From contig CAZERI010000002.1 of assembly GCA_964515545.1 (NCBI GenBank), positions 1 to 55,611 on the forward strand: a stretch of 55,611 nt of DNA. Direction: 5' to 3'. This stretch comes from an uncultured Gammaproteobacteria bacterium. Its GTDB lineage: Bacteria; Patescibacteriota; Microgenomatia; Levybacterales; UBA12049. Positions 1-8,937 of the stretch are shown here, in pieces. A program made the translations under genes and the position numbers. Numbering within the stretch: position 1 is the stretch's first letter; each line of letters starts with the position of its first letter. The notes under the pieces are model-generated. The model saw only the letters and a program-made list of their open reading frames with translations. It was not told where the DNA came from and did no database searches.

Positions 1-1
1 A

Positions 2-148
2 TGGGGTAATCAGATTCGTTCTTATGTACTTCATCCATATAAAATGGTGAAAGATCTTCGTACGGATGTTGAGACAGGAAATACTGAGGCTGTCCTCAAC
101 GGAGATTTAGATCAGTTTATAGAAGAAGAGCTGCGTCAGCTATCATAG
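2..148 (+). CDS. prfB: Peptide chain release factor 2, C-terminal fragment (5' end outside window)
   Basis: Frame 2 reads [21 protein letters not shown]...ELRQLS*, the characteristic RF2 C-terminal motif; not in ORF track. Confidence 0.93.
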   Translation, partial: WGNQIRSYVLHPYKMVKDLRTDVETGNTEAVLNGDLDQFIEEELRQLS

Positions 149-239
149 TTAGGAAGTAATTTTGTCCTGGTTGTCAAAGACACTAAAATATGGTTTACTA
201 GATGGTGGACTTGCGGATTTTCTGCAAGGAGAAATGGAT

Positions 240-719
240 ATGGAAGAGAAAAAAGAATCATCATCTTTAATGCATGATTTTAACGGAACAAAGGCTACAC
301 CTAGTGCAAAGTCTCAAAATAAGGAAAGTAATCCCATGAAATATATAAGTATTTTTGTCGTTGTAATCCTCCTCGGCGTAGCGACTGGGTATGCTGTAGC
401 GCATATGAATGGCGGTACTGCCTCAAAGAAAGCAGCGGGGGCACCAACCTACTCAGTAACAAGCGGTAAAACCTTCGGAGTAAGTGATACAACAGATTTT
501 CCTGATACTGCTGAGGGCTCTCTTAAAGAAGGCGGTATTGAGGGGGAGGGAGCTTTTCATCTAGTACGGCCTGGAGGCGATGATCAGAATGTCTACCTCA
601 CCTCAAGCGCTGTAGACCTATCTCAATTTGTAGGCAAAGACATTAAAGTATGGGGTAAAACGCAGGCTGCTCAATACGCTGGGTGGCTTATGGATGTTGG
701 GAAAGTCCAAGTCCAATAA
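240..719 (+). CDS. Hypothetical membrane-anchored protein (one TM helix, C-terminal beta-rich domain)
   Basis: ORF 162..719; start refined to ATG 240 from AAGGAG at 226-231; TM segment ISIFVVVILLGVATGYAVA. Confidence 0.7.
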   Translation: MEEKKESSSLMHDFNGTKATPSAKSQNKESNPMKYISIFVVVILLGVATGYAVAHMNGGTASKKAAGAPTYSVTSGKTFGVSDTTDFPDTAEGSLKEGGIEGEGAFHLVRPGGDDQNVYLTSSAVDLSQFVGKDIKVWGKTQAAQYAGWLMDVGKVQVQ

Positions 720-781
720 GACATTGTGTTTGGCCTCTAGCAGCTCAAAATTGCCTGCCTTATTTGTGAGCAAGTCGAATT

Positions 782-1561
782 ATGATCCGATTACTTGAGG
801 TTACCAAGACATATGGAACTGGAACATCTGCTTTATCAGATGTAAATTTGTCGATTGATAAAGGTGAATTTGTGTTCTTGGTGGGACCTTCAGGATCAGG
901 TAAAACGACACTCCTTAGACTTCTTATTAAAGATATGACTCCCACAAGAGGTACAATCGCTATGGGGAATGTGGATATTACTAATCTTCCTTCAAAAAAA
1001 GTCCCTGATTTAAGAAAGCACATTGGAGTTGTCTTTCAGGATTTAAAGATGCTGATGGACCGAACTATTTCAGAGAATATCCTGCTTCCTTTAGAGATGG
1101 CGGGAATGGATCATCAGGAGGCTGAACAAAAAGTGCAGCATATTCTTAAGCAAGTAGGTATTGAAGAGCACAAACATAAGTTCCCTATTCAGCTTTCAGG
1201 AGGAGAGCTGCAGAGAGCTGCTATTGCAAGAGCGCTTGTCTTTTCGCCAGAAGTCCTATTAGCAGATGAGCCTACCGGGAATTTAGACAGCACAACTTCT
1301 TGGGAGATAGTTAAGCTTCTTCAGGATATTAATAAGTTGGGGACAACAGTTATTATGGCTACTCACAATTTAGAGATAGTGAATAGTCTTAATAAACGTA
1401 TCGTCGAGCTTGAAAAAGGTAAAATAGTAAAGGATGATAAAAAGAAGGAAGAAGAGAAAGAAAAACACCACGAGAAAAAAACCTTATCCCACACAGAAGA
1501 GACAGCACATGATGATCAAAAAAAAGAAAAATCTGAAGATATAGAAGAGGAAACCAAATGA
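782..1561 (+). CDS. ftsE: Cell division ATP-binding protein FtsE
   Basis: Walker A GPSGSGKT, LSGGE signature, LLADEPTGNLD, IGVVFQD; directly upstream of ftsX. Confidence 0.92.
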   Translation: MIRLLEVTKTYGTGTSALSDVNLSIDKGEFVFLVGPSGSGKTTLLRLLIKDMTPTRGTIAMGNVDITNLPSKKVPDLRKHIGVVFQDLKMLMDRTISENILLPLEMAGMDHQEAEQKVQHILKQVGIEEHKHKFPIQLSGGELQRAAIARALVFSPEVLLADEPTGNLDSTTSWEIVKLLQDINKLGTTVIMATHNLEIVNSLNKRIVELEKGKIVKDDKKKEEEKEKHHEKKTLSHTEETAHDDQKKEKSEDIEEETK

Positions 1562-2424
1562 AAACTGCCCATACTGCCTGGAAACATATTCGAAGATCTC
1601 CCTATCAAGCATTAGCAGCAATTCTTATTATGATGCTGACTTTCTTGGTAGTCTCCCTCTTTACTATGATCGTGGTCAGCTCTTCACAGATAATTTCTTA
1701 TTTCGAATCTTCTCCTAAAGTAACAGCTTTTTTTAAGGATGATGCAAAACAACAGAATATCGATGCTGTTGCAGATTCTTTAAAGACTACAGGGAAAGTC
1801 TCTAGTATTAAATTTGTCTCAAAAGAAGAAGCGTTTAGAAGATATAGCTCCTGGAATAAAAATAATCCGGTGTTGTTAGATCTTGTTAATGCTGAGGTAC
1901 TTCCTCCCTCACTTGAAATCTCAACCTATAAAATTGAGGATCTGGATCCGGTAGCAAAAGTTTTGAAGGATTCCCCGTATGTTTCTGATGTAGTCTTTCT
2001 TAAAGACGTTGTCTCTACTCTTATTTCATGGACTGATGCAGTACGGAAAATTGGTCTTGCTCTTGTCGTAGTTTTGGCTGTGGTCTCAATTTTTATTATG
2101 ACGACAATTATCGGGTTTAAGATCTCTCAAAAGAAAGAAGAGATTGAGATTATGAGACTTTTGAGTGCGACAAATTGGTATATTAGGTGGCCTTTTCTCC
2201 TTGAAGGAATGTTTTATGGAGTTGTTGGGGCTTTATTGGGATGGATATTTACTTTCGGTTTGACGATTTATGCTCGGCCATACCTGACTTCCTTTATGCG
2301 TGAAATCCAGCTTGTAACTATATCACCTACTTTTCTTCTAGCACTCCTTGCTGTTGAGATAGGGCTAGCGATACTGCTGGGAGCTATTGCAAGCTTCATG
2401 GCTGTTTTAAGATATTTAAAGTAG
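1558..2424 (+). CDS. ftsX: Cell division permease FtsX
   Basis: 4-TM layout with extracellular loop; EIEIMRLLSATNWYIRWPFLLEG FtsX motif; ATGA overlap with ftsE. Confidence 0.92.
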   Translation: MKTAHTAWKHIRRSPYQALAAILIMMLTFLVVSLFTMIVVSSSQIISYFESSPKVTAFFKDDAKQQNIDAVADSLKTTGKVSSIKFVSKEEAFRRYSSWNKNNPVLLDLVNAEVLPPSLEISTYKIEDLDPVAKVLKDSPYVSDVVFLKDVVSTLISWTDAVRKIGLALVVVLAVVSIFIMTTIIGFKISQKKEEIEIMRLLSATNWYIRWPFLLEGMFYGVVGALLGWIFTFGLTIYARPYLTSFMREIQLVTISPTFLLALLAVEIGLAILLGAIASFMAVLRYLK

Positions 2425-2427
2425 TAT

Positions 2428-3687
2428 ATGAAAATTACAGTGAAATCGTTCAGTTTTTTTGTCGTCTTTTTTTTGAGTTTCCTTCTCGTTGTCTCACAGA
2501 GACATCTCTTTGCAGATAGCCCGACCCCAACTCCTACCGGTACTATTACTCCTACTCCTGATAATAGCGCTCAGGTAAATGATCTTAATAATAAAATCAA
2601 AGACCTTGAGGCAAAAGTCTCAGATCTCCAGTCTCAGGAGAAATCTTTATCTTCCCAAATTTCAGTTATGGATAACCAGATTACGCTTACTCAGTACAGA
2701 ATCGAATCTACTAAAGAACAAATTACCGAATTAACTCATGATATTGATAGTGCCTCAGAGCGTATTGCACACCTTGAGGGATCATTAACCAATATTACTA
2801 AGACGCTTCTCAATCGTATCTCTGCTACTTATCAGCTTGGCTCTATACAGCCTCTCCAGCTTCTCCTTTCATCACAGAACTTTACTGATTTCATTGCTAA
2901 GACTAACTATATCCGTATAGTTCAGGCTCATGATAAAGAAATGATGTATAACACAGTTCAGGCAAAGAATGACTATTCAAATCAAAAAAATATTTTTGAA
3001 GACAAGAAAAAAGAAGTATTATCACTTCAAACACAGCTTCAGGATTATACAACCCAGCTTGATGCCCAAAAATCTGATAAACAACGGCTTCTGAGAGATA
3101 CCCAGGGAAGTGAAGCCAACTATCAACGCTTATTAGCTCAAGCTCAAGCTCAGTTAGCCGGTTTTAGTCACTTCGTTGAGAGTCAAGGAGGAGCATCCCT
3201 TTTAGGAAATCAAACAGTCTGTGATGACTGGGGCTGCTACTATAATCAGCGTGATAGCCAATGGGGTAGTGTACCGCTTAATAATACACGCTACACAATC
3301 GCCAGTGATGGGTGTCTTATAACCTCTATGGCTATGGTTTATACGCATTATGGACATCGTTCAGTTACACCGCTTACTATTAATAGCAATCCTAGCAATT
3401 TTGCATCCTATGAACCTGCATGGTTACTCAAAACTATCGTTGCTGATGGGACAACTTCAAATCGTATTAGTTCGTCAATAGATAGTGAACTGAGTTCCGG
3501 TAGGCCGGTAATTGTAGGGATAAGTTATGATGGTGGACCTTTGCCTGATCATTTTGTAGTGTTGATTAGCGGATCAGGCGGAAATTATCAAATGAATGAT
3601 CCTTATACTCCCAATGGACATAATATCTCTTTTAGCTCCCGTTATTCAGTAGGAAGTATTCGTGAGATTGATAGAGTTAGTATGTAA
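2428..3687 (+). CDS. Secreted PcsB/CwlO-like coiled-coil protein with C-terminal C39-like cysteine peptidase domain
   Basis: Signal peptide, PT linker, long heptad coiled coil (LLLSSQNFTDFIAK), then YYNQRD..GCLITS..HFVV..NDP. Confidence 0.8.
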   Translation: MKITVKSFSFFVVFFLSFLLVVSQRHLFADSPTPTPTGTITPTPDNSAQVNDLNNKIKDLEAKVSDLQSQEKSLSSQISVMDNQITLTQYRIESTKEQITELTHDIDSASERIAHLEGSLTNITKTLLNRISATYQLGSIQPLQLLLSSQNFTDFIAKTNYIRIVQAHDKEMMYNTVQAKNDYSNQKNIFEDKKKEVLSLQTQLQDYTTQLDAQKSDKQRLLRDTQGSEANYQRLLAQAQAQLAGFSHFVESQGGASLLGNQTVCDDWGCYYNQRDSQWGSVPLNNTRYTIASDGCLITSMAMVYTHYGHRSVTPLTINSNPSNFASYEPAWLLKTIVADGTTSNRISSSIDSELSSGRPVIVGISYDGGPLPDHFVVLISGSGGNYQMNDPYTPNGHNISFSSRYSVGSIREIDRVSM

Positions 3688-3761
3688 CGTTACATTCCTC
3701 TGGTATTTCTCCTCTTGTTTTAATTAGGTATTAGGTACACAATAAGCTCAGCAATTAATTC

Positions 3762-4598
3762 ATGAAAATGAAATATTTGATTGCAATGATTTTTCTCTTG
3801 GGATTTTCTTTCTTTGTAAGACCTGCTTTTGCTGTCAGTATTCAAATTGATTCATCTCCCGATACTATTACTGATCAGCCATTCACACTGGATGTATCAT
3901 TAAGTGGGGCTCAGCCAGGCCAGAACTACCTTCGTGTGGATATATATAAAGACGGTACAAGTAATTATTTTGGTGAAACATCAGTTGGAGCGAATTGGTA
4001 TTCAGGATCGGATGGGGTTTCGTATGTACCTGTAACAATCCCTGATAGTACTACTGTTGTGACAGCTAGTCTCCAAGCACGAATTGGTACTCCCAGTCCG
4101 AATGACTTCCCCGGAACTGGCAGCTATAAAATTAAGATTAGAAGATATACAGCATCAGGTAGCCAAGGTGAAGTAACACAGACACCTGTTGATGTACAGA
4201 TAAATTATTCCCTCCCCACACCTACTCCACTGCCTACGTTCACTCCAACTCCAACTATTACTCCTCGTACTCCGACACCGACCAAAATGCCAACCCCCAC
4301 CAAATTACCGACATCATCTCCTACCCCAATTAACAAACCTCTAACCCCTACTAAATCTGCGGAATCTCTGGAAGGAAAAGAAGGTGAGATGCCACCCAGA
4401 TATCCGACTGCAATCCTTGGCGTCTCAGATAAAGTTTCACCTACCCCTGAAAAAAAGGAAGATATAATCATACAAGATTCCTCACACAAGCAGGGTAGGA
4501 GTACTATCTTGGCTGTTATTTTATGTGCTGGCGGAGGCTCTATGTTAGGTATTTGTGGTATACTCGTGTATCTTAAAAAAAGACGAGGAGAAATATGA
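3762..4598 (+). CDS. Surface protein: signal peptide, Ig-like beta domain, long P/T-rich linker, C-terminal TM anchor
   Basis: AFA signal-peptide end; PTPTPLPTFTPTPT...; TM helix followed by KKRR. Confidence 0.75.
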   Translation: MKMKYLIAMIFLLGFSFFVRPAFAVSIQIDSSPDTITDQPFTLDVSLSGAQPGQNYLRVDIYKDGTSNYFGETSVGANWYSGSDGVSYVPVTIPDSTTVVTASLQARIGTPSPNDFPGTGSYKIKIRRYTASGSQGEVTQTPVDVQINYSLPTPTPLPTFTPTPTITPRTPTPTKMPTPTKLPTSSPTPINKPLTPTKSAESLEGKEGEMPPRYPTAILGVSDKVSPTPEKKEDIIIQDSSHKQGRSTILAVILCAGGGSMLGICGILVYLKKRRGEI

Positions 4599-5023
4599 TA
4601 CAGGTTACCAATACCAGCGAAGAGACATATGCAATAGGTGAGCACATCGCAGCTGTCGTGAAGCCTGGGCAATTTATTAGCTTACAGGGAGATTTGGGAA
4701 GTGGCAAAACTACTTTTACTAAAGGATTTGCAAAAGGTCTTGGGATACAAAGACATATAACATCTCCTACTTTTTTAATCATTAAATCATATGATGTACC
4801 AAGAGAAGATATTACTAAGCTGTATCATCTTGATCTTTACCGTTTGAATTCAGAACAAGATATAGAAGGGATAGGGATTTCAGAGATACTGAAAGATTCC
4901 CATGCAGTTATAATTGTAGAGTGGGCAGATAGAATGGGAAGTCTTTTGCCTAAAGAGAGAATTGAGGTCGACTTTGAATATATAGATGATAATAGAAGGC
5001 AGATCACTATAGCAAATAATTAG
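4595..5023 (+). CDS. tsaE: tRNA t6A biosynthesis ATPase TsaE
   Basis: GDLGSGKTTF, ITSPTF, YHLDLYRL, IVEWAD motifs. Confidence 0.95.
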   Translation: MIQVTNTSEETYAIGEHIAAVVKPGQFISLQGDLGSGKTTFTKGFAKGLGIQRHITSPTFLIIKSYDVPREDITKLYHLDLYRLNSEQDIEGIGISEILKDSHAVIIVEWADRMGSLLPKERIEVDFEYIDDNRRQITIANN

Positions 5024-5028
5024 GTTAT

Positions 5029-5601
5029 ATGGTAACTGATATCCCACATGCAATAGAACTTATAAAGAAAGGCGGAATAATTATTTATCCGACAGATACA
5101 GCCTTTGGGATTGGCTGCCGGATTGATAATGAAGCTGCAGTCAGCAAGCTTTTTAGTATTAGAGAACGCCCAGTAAATAAAGCAACACCTGTCCTTTTTA
5201 GTTCCTTAGAAATGGCTGAAGAATTTGTGACAGATATTCCAGAAGATGTCAGACCTTTGCTTAAAAAATATTGGCCGGGAGCATTGACTGTAATTTTGCC
5301 TGCTGATCTTAAAAAAGTTCCTTCTCTAATACGAGGCGGTGGTCTAGGCATCGGGTGCCGTGTTCCCAACCATGAGGTACCGCTGGAGATTATTAGAAGA
5401 GCGGGAATACCAATTATTGGAACGTCGGCAAATTTTGCAGGTAATCCAACCCCCTACAAAATGGCGGATGTTGATCCTAGACTCATATCTCTCGTTGATG
5501 GAATAGTCCCTGGAGTAACTATTGTTCAAAAAGAATCTACAGTTATAGATTGTACCCAGAATCCTTGGAAAGTACTTAGACAAGGAGCAATTGAGATATA
5601 A
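5029..5601 (+). CDS. tsaC: L-threonylcarbamoyladenylate synthase (YrdC/TsaC, short form)
   Basis: YPTDTAFGIGC, WPGALT, GTSAN, STVID motifs. Confidence 0.93.
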   Translation: MVTDIPHAIELIKKGGIIIYPTDTAFGIGCRIDNEAAVSKLFSIRERPVNKATPVLFSSLEMAEEFVTDIPEDVRPLLKKYWPGALTVILPADLKKVPSLIRGGGLGIGCRVPNHEVPLEIIRRAGIPIIGTSANFAGNPTPYKMADVDPRLISLVDGIVPGVTIVQKESTVIDCTQNPWKVLRQGAIEI

Positions 5602-5623
5602 ACTTTATCATGAGGATGAGAGA

Positions 5624-5944
5624 ATGAATAAAACAATTTTATTTATCGATACGAGTAGATACAATAAGCTCGTAGTTGGGTTGGGAGTAGAAGATAAAGA
5701 GATTATGATAGAGGAAGACTTTGATTACCGTAAGTCGCAGGGAGTACTGCCTCTTATTGAGAGAGTCCTCAAAGAAAATGATGTAGATTTTTCAGAACTT
5801 ACTGCAATTAAAGTAAACGTAGGTCCAGGTTCTTTTACAGGACTTAGAGTAGGAGTAGGTATTGCTAATACTCTTGGTACGATACTTAATATTCCCATTA
5901 ATGATCAGGCGGTTGGCCTACTAATAGAGCCAATTTATAACTAA
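5624..5944 (+). CDS. tsaB: Short TsaB (N-terminal half only, 106 aa)
   Basis: LFIDTS and GPGSFTGLRVG motifs; start refined to ATG 5624 after GAGGA. Confidence 0.85.
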   Translation: MNKTILFIDTSRYNKLVVGLGVEDKEIMIEEDFDYRKSQGVLPLIERVLKENDVDFSELTAIKVNVGPGSFTGLRVGVGIANTLGTILNIPINDQAVGLLIEPIYN

Positions 5945-5994
5945 GTACTATTTGAATTTTGGCGCAAGAGATGTCATAGTAATTATATCTGTCT

Positions 5995-6945
5995 ATGAAG
6001 CATTTTTTGCGACATCTTTTTGTCCCCCACGAATCTAATAATCATAGGGCAAAAGTCCTCCACCATTCGAGCCTTTTTTTCATTGCCTTGGCAATGATAG
6101 GAGGAAGCTTCCTCTTCTCCTTTGTATATCAGCATGATAGAAGTGTCCTCGGTATAAGCTATTCTATTACGCCTGATGAGCTGTTGGTTATGACTAATCA
6201 GAAACGTCAAGAAAATGGCTTACCTCCTTTGAGTATGGATACTTCTTTAGCTCAAGCAGCCCAAAAAAAGGCAGATGATATGTTTGCTAAAAATTATTGG
6301 GCTCACATTGCCCCTGATGGTACGACTCCTTGGTATTTTATTAGAAGTTCTGGATATGAATATGTCTATGCAGGGGAGAATTTAGCACGAGGATATACTA
6401 CGAGTTCTGACGTGATTAGTGCCTGGATGGCAAGTCCAAGTCATAGAGAAAATATGCTTTCTCCTAATTATAAGGAGATTGGGTTTGCTATAAAAGATGG
6501 AACCTTAACGGGTGATGATACTGTTCTTGTCGTGGAAGAGTTTGGTAGTAGAACCTCTGAAAAAAAGCAGGCAGTTTCACAACCTAATACCCAGGCCGTG
6601 ACTCCGACTCCTGTATCTGCTGTACTACCGGTTTCAAACCCAATTACTCCTACCCCCACAGCAGCTATCATTCCTGCTACTCCGACTCCTGCAGTATCTG
6701 TAGCTCCTTTAAGATCAACTCAGGTGGAGGCATTTAGAAACGATCCTCTTATCAGTAAACCTGATGCTCAGAAAGATATTGCTTTGACAGTAGTGACACT
6801 AATTATCAGTCTCCTTGTTATAGATATTGTCGTTACTAAGCGGAAAAGAGTAGTCCGTATACTCTCCCATAACCTTGATCATATTATCTTCTTTGGTATG
6901 CTGTTATTAATTATTCTTCTATTAACAAGAGGAGGAATTCTTTAA
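5995..6945 (+). CDS. CAP (SCP-like) domain membrane protein with P/T linker
   Basis: NYWAH, AGENLA, WMASPSHRENML CAP motifs; N- and C-terminal TM helices. Confidence 0.88.
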   Translation: MKHFLRHLFVPHESNNHRAKVLHHSSLFFIALAMIGGSFLFSFVYQHDRSVLGISYSITPDELLVMTNQKRQENGLPPLSMDTSLAQAAQKKADDMFAKNYWAHIAPDGTTPWYFIRSSGYEYVYAGENLARGYTTSSDVISAWMASPSHRENMLSPNYKEIGFAIKDGTLTGDDTVLVVEEFGSRTSEKKQAVSQPNTQAVTPTPVSAVLPVSNPITPTPTAAIIPATPTPAVSVAPLRSTQVEAFRNDPLISKPDAQKDIALTVVTLIISLLVIDIVVTKRKRVVRILSHNLDHIIFFGMLLLIILLLTRGGIL

Positions 6946-7202
6946 TGATTACTAATTTAAAGTCACATAGAGCTTATTATCTATTATTGGCAGGTATGCA
7001 GGCAGCGGGCTTTATCCTCGTACTTTTTGCAAAGGGAGATAAACAGTTAGTCATGATGTATATTATTATGTCTACTATCTTTTATTTTGTATGGGCTTTA
7101 GTACATCACTATATAAATCATGATCTGCATGCTAAAGTAGTCTTGGAGTATCTCTTGATGAGTATTTTGGGTATTACAGTGATGTATTTCTTCTTGTGGT
7201 AA
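6945..7202 (+). CDS. Small 3-TM hypothetical membrane protein
   Basis: TAATG coupling to upstream gene; three hydrophobic segments. Confidence 0.7.
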   Translation: MITNLKSHRAYYLLLAGMQAAGFILVLFAKGDKQLVMMYIIMSTIFYFVWALVHHYINHDLHAKVVLEYLLMSILGITVMYFFLW

Positions 7203-7210
7203 ATTACTTT

Positions 7211-7843
7211 TTATTCCTGTAGCCAGGGAAATTGAGAGAAATCAACTTCATTAGCAAATTTTTCCTTCAGCGTAGGATAGCTTCTATCTTTATCACTAAC
7301 AATTGGATCGGTGATAGGCCATCCGCCAAATTGCCTGGTCAAGATAGGGTCATTATAATTAACAGCAGGAGTCGGCTTTCCCTCAAAATATCCGGTGATC
7401 ATATAGAGATATTCAACATCTGTAGTACCTATGTTACTAAATGAGTTGCCCATCCCCTGAGGAAGGTAAATAGCCTTTTTATCGGTTTCTCCAAGCTCTA
7501 TTTTAACTGCTTTACCAAAAGCTGGAGAATCTGTCCGTAAATCTACAATAACAGCTAAGACCTCGCCACGAGTCGCATAGACAATCTTTTCCCATGGTTC
7601 AGCGTGGAAGCCTCTAATAACTTTTGGTTTTGATCTCGAGTGATTCCATTGGGTAACATTGATCTTTTTTCCTAATACCTTTTCAAGATCACGTAGTTCT
7701 ACAATTTCTTTAAAAAATCCCCGATCATCCTCGAAAGTCTCCCGTTCATAAATAAGGAGCCCGGGGATATCTGTAGTCTGAATTATAGGCGGAAAGTCTG
7801 GATGGTCAGGAGAGACAGTCAGTTGGTAGGTGTTATCAGCCAT
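7211..7843 (-). CDS. rfbC: dTDP-4-dehydrorhamnose 3,5-epimerase
   Basis: DDRGFF, RGFH, VDLR, SDKD cupin motifs; start refined to ATG 7843 (extended -10 TGcTATAGT 7 nt upstream). Confidence 0.88.
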   Translation of the reverse strand: MADNTYQLTVSPDHPDFPPIIQTTDIPGLLIYERETFEDDRGFFKEIVELRDLEKVLGKKINVTQWNHSRSKPKVIRGFHAEPWEKIVYATRGEVLAVIVDLRTDSPAFGKAVKIELGETDKKAIYLPQGMGNSFSNIGTTDVEYLYMITGYFEGKPTPAVNYNDPILTRQFGGWPITDPIVSDKDRSYPTLKEKFANEVDFSQFPWLQE

Positions 7844-7872
7844 TTTTTTTACTATAGCAAAATATATTTGAG

Positions 7873-7902
7873 TTGACAAACATTTTATCCTACCTATAGA
7901 AT
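7873..7902 (+). promoter_or_regulatory. Sigma70-type promoter of rfbB operon
   Basis: TTGACA-18 nt-TAGAAT. Confidence 0.6.
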
Positions 7903-7914
7903 AAAAGCGTTCTT

Positions 7915-8937
7915 ATGAAATTACTTGTTACTGGTGGAGCGGGATTTATAGGCTCACATTTTATTAATTATTGGCTAGCAAATCACCCTACAGATAAAAT
8001 CACTAACCTTGATAAACTCACTTACGCTGGCAGTCAGGAAAACCTTAAATATGCTCAGGGAAATCCTAACTATATGTTTGTGCGTGGGGATATTTCCGAT
8101 ATGGGGCTGGTAGAAAAAGTTATGAAGGAAGTGGATATGGTCGTCCATTTTGCTGCCGAGACACATGTGGATCGTTCTATTATGGATCCATGGCCTTTTA
8201 TCCAATCTAATTTTGTCGGGACATATACTCTTTTGGAGGTAGCAAAGAAATATGGAATTCAGCGTTTCCATCATATCTCAACTGATGAGGTGTTTGGGAC
8301 GTTAGAGCTTGATAAAACAGCAAAATTTAATGAAGGTACCCGCTATGATCCACGTAGTCCTTATTCTGCTACAAAAGCTGGATCTGATCATCTAGTCAGG
8401 GCTTATTACCACACGTATGGACTACCTGTAACTATCAGCAATTGTTCAAATAATTTCGGTCCTGCAATGTATCCTGAGAAGCTTATCCCTCTAGCAATAA
8501 CTAATGCTATTGAACACAAAAAAATACCTGTCCATGGAGATGGATTAAATGTGAGAGATTGGTTATTTGTCGAAGATCATGTCCGGGCAATAGAATTGAT
8601 TTTAGAAAGAGGGAAAATCGGAGAAACTTATCTAGTGGGAGGGTTGGAGAAAGGTATGTCCAATATTGATACAGTAAAGCTTATTCTCCAGCTTATGGGG
8701 GAAGATGAAGGGCTAATTCAATTGGTAAAAGACCGGCCGGGTAATGACCGGAAATATGATATCGATTGGAGTAAAATTCATAAAGAGCTCGGCTGGAGTC
8801 CTAAGTATAGTATTGAAGAAGCATTGAGACTTTCCATTGATTGGTACAGAGAAAATCAAGATTGGTGGAGAAAAATTAAAGCGGGAGAATTTCAGGATTA
8901 TTATGAAAAACAATTCGGTGATCAGGTTGAAGAATGA
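7915..8937 (+). CDS. rfbB: dTDP-glucose 4,6-dehydratase
   Basis: GGAGFIG, HFAAETHVDRSI, STDEVFG, YSATK. Confidence 0.96.
   Translation: MKLLVTGGAGFIGSHFINYWLANHPTDKITNLDKLTYAGSQENLKYAQGNPNYMFVRGDISDMGLVEKVMKEVDMVVHFAAETHVDRSIMDPWPFIQSNFVGTYTLLEVAKKYGIQRFHHISTDEVFGTLELDKTAKFNEGTRYDPRSPYSATKAGSDHLVRAYYHTYGLPVTISNCSNNFGPAMYPEKLIPLAITNAIEHKKIPVHGDGLNVRDWLFVEDHVRAIELILERGKIGETYLVGGLEKGMSNIDTVKLILQLMGEDEGLIQLVKDRPGNDRKYDIDWSKIHKELGWSPKYSIEEALRLSIDWYRENQDWWRKIKAGEFQDYYEKQFGDQVEE

Noticed and set aside
1-148. Programmed +1 frameshift of prfB
   Set aside because: The frameshift site lies near the 5' end, outside the window; it cannot be assessed.
4215-4350. CCGAC/CCTAC/ACTCC recurrences as DNA tandem repeat or CRISPR-like array
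   Set aside because: Explained by Pro-Thr codons with varying third positions; same for 6600-6700 and 43800-44000. No constant repeat-spacer pattern and no cas genes anywhere in the window.
4205-4672. 155-aa minus-strand ORF
   Set aside because: Antisense shadow of the P/T-rich linker (gives GV repeats) and tsaE; no independent signals.
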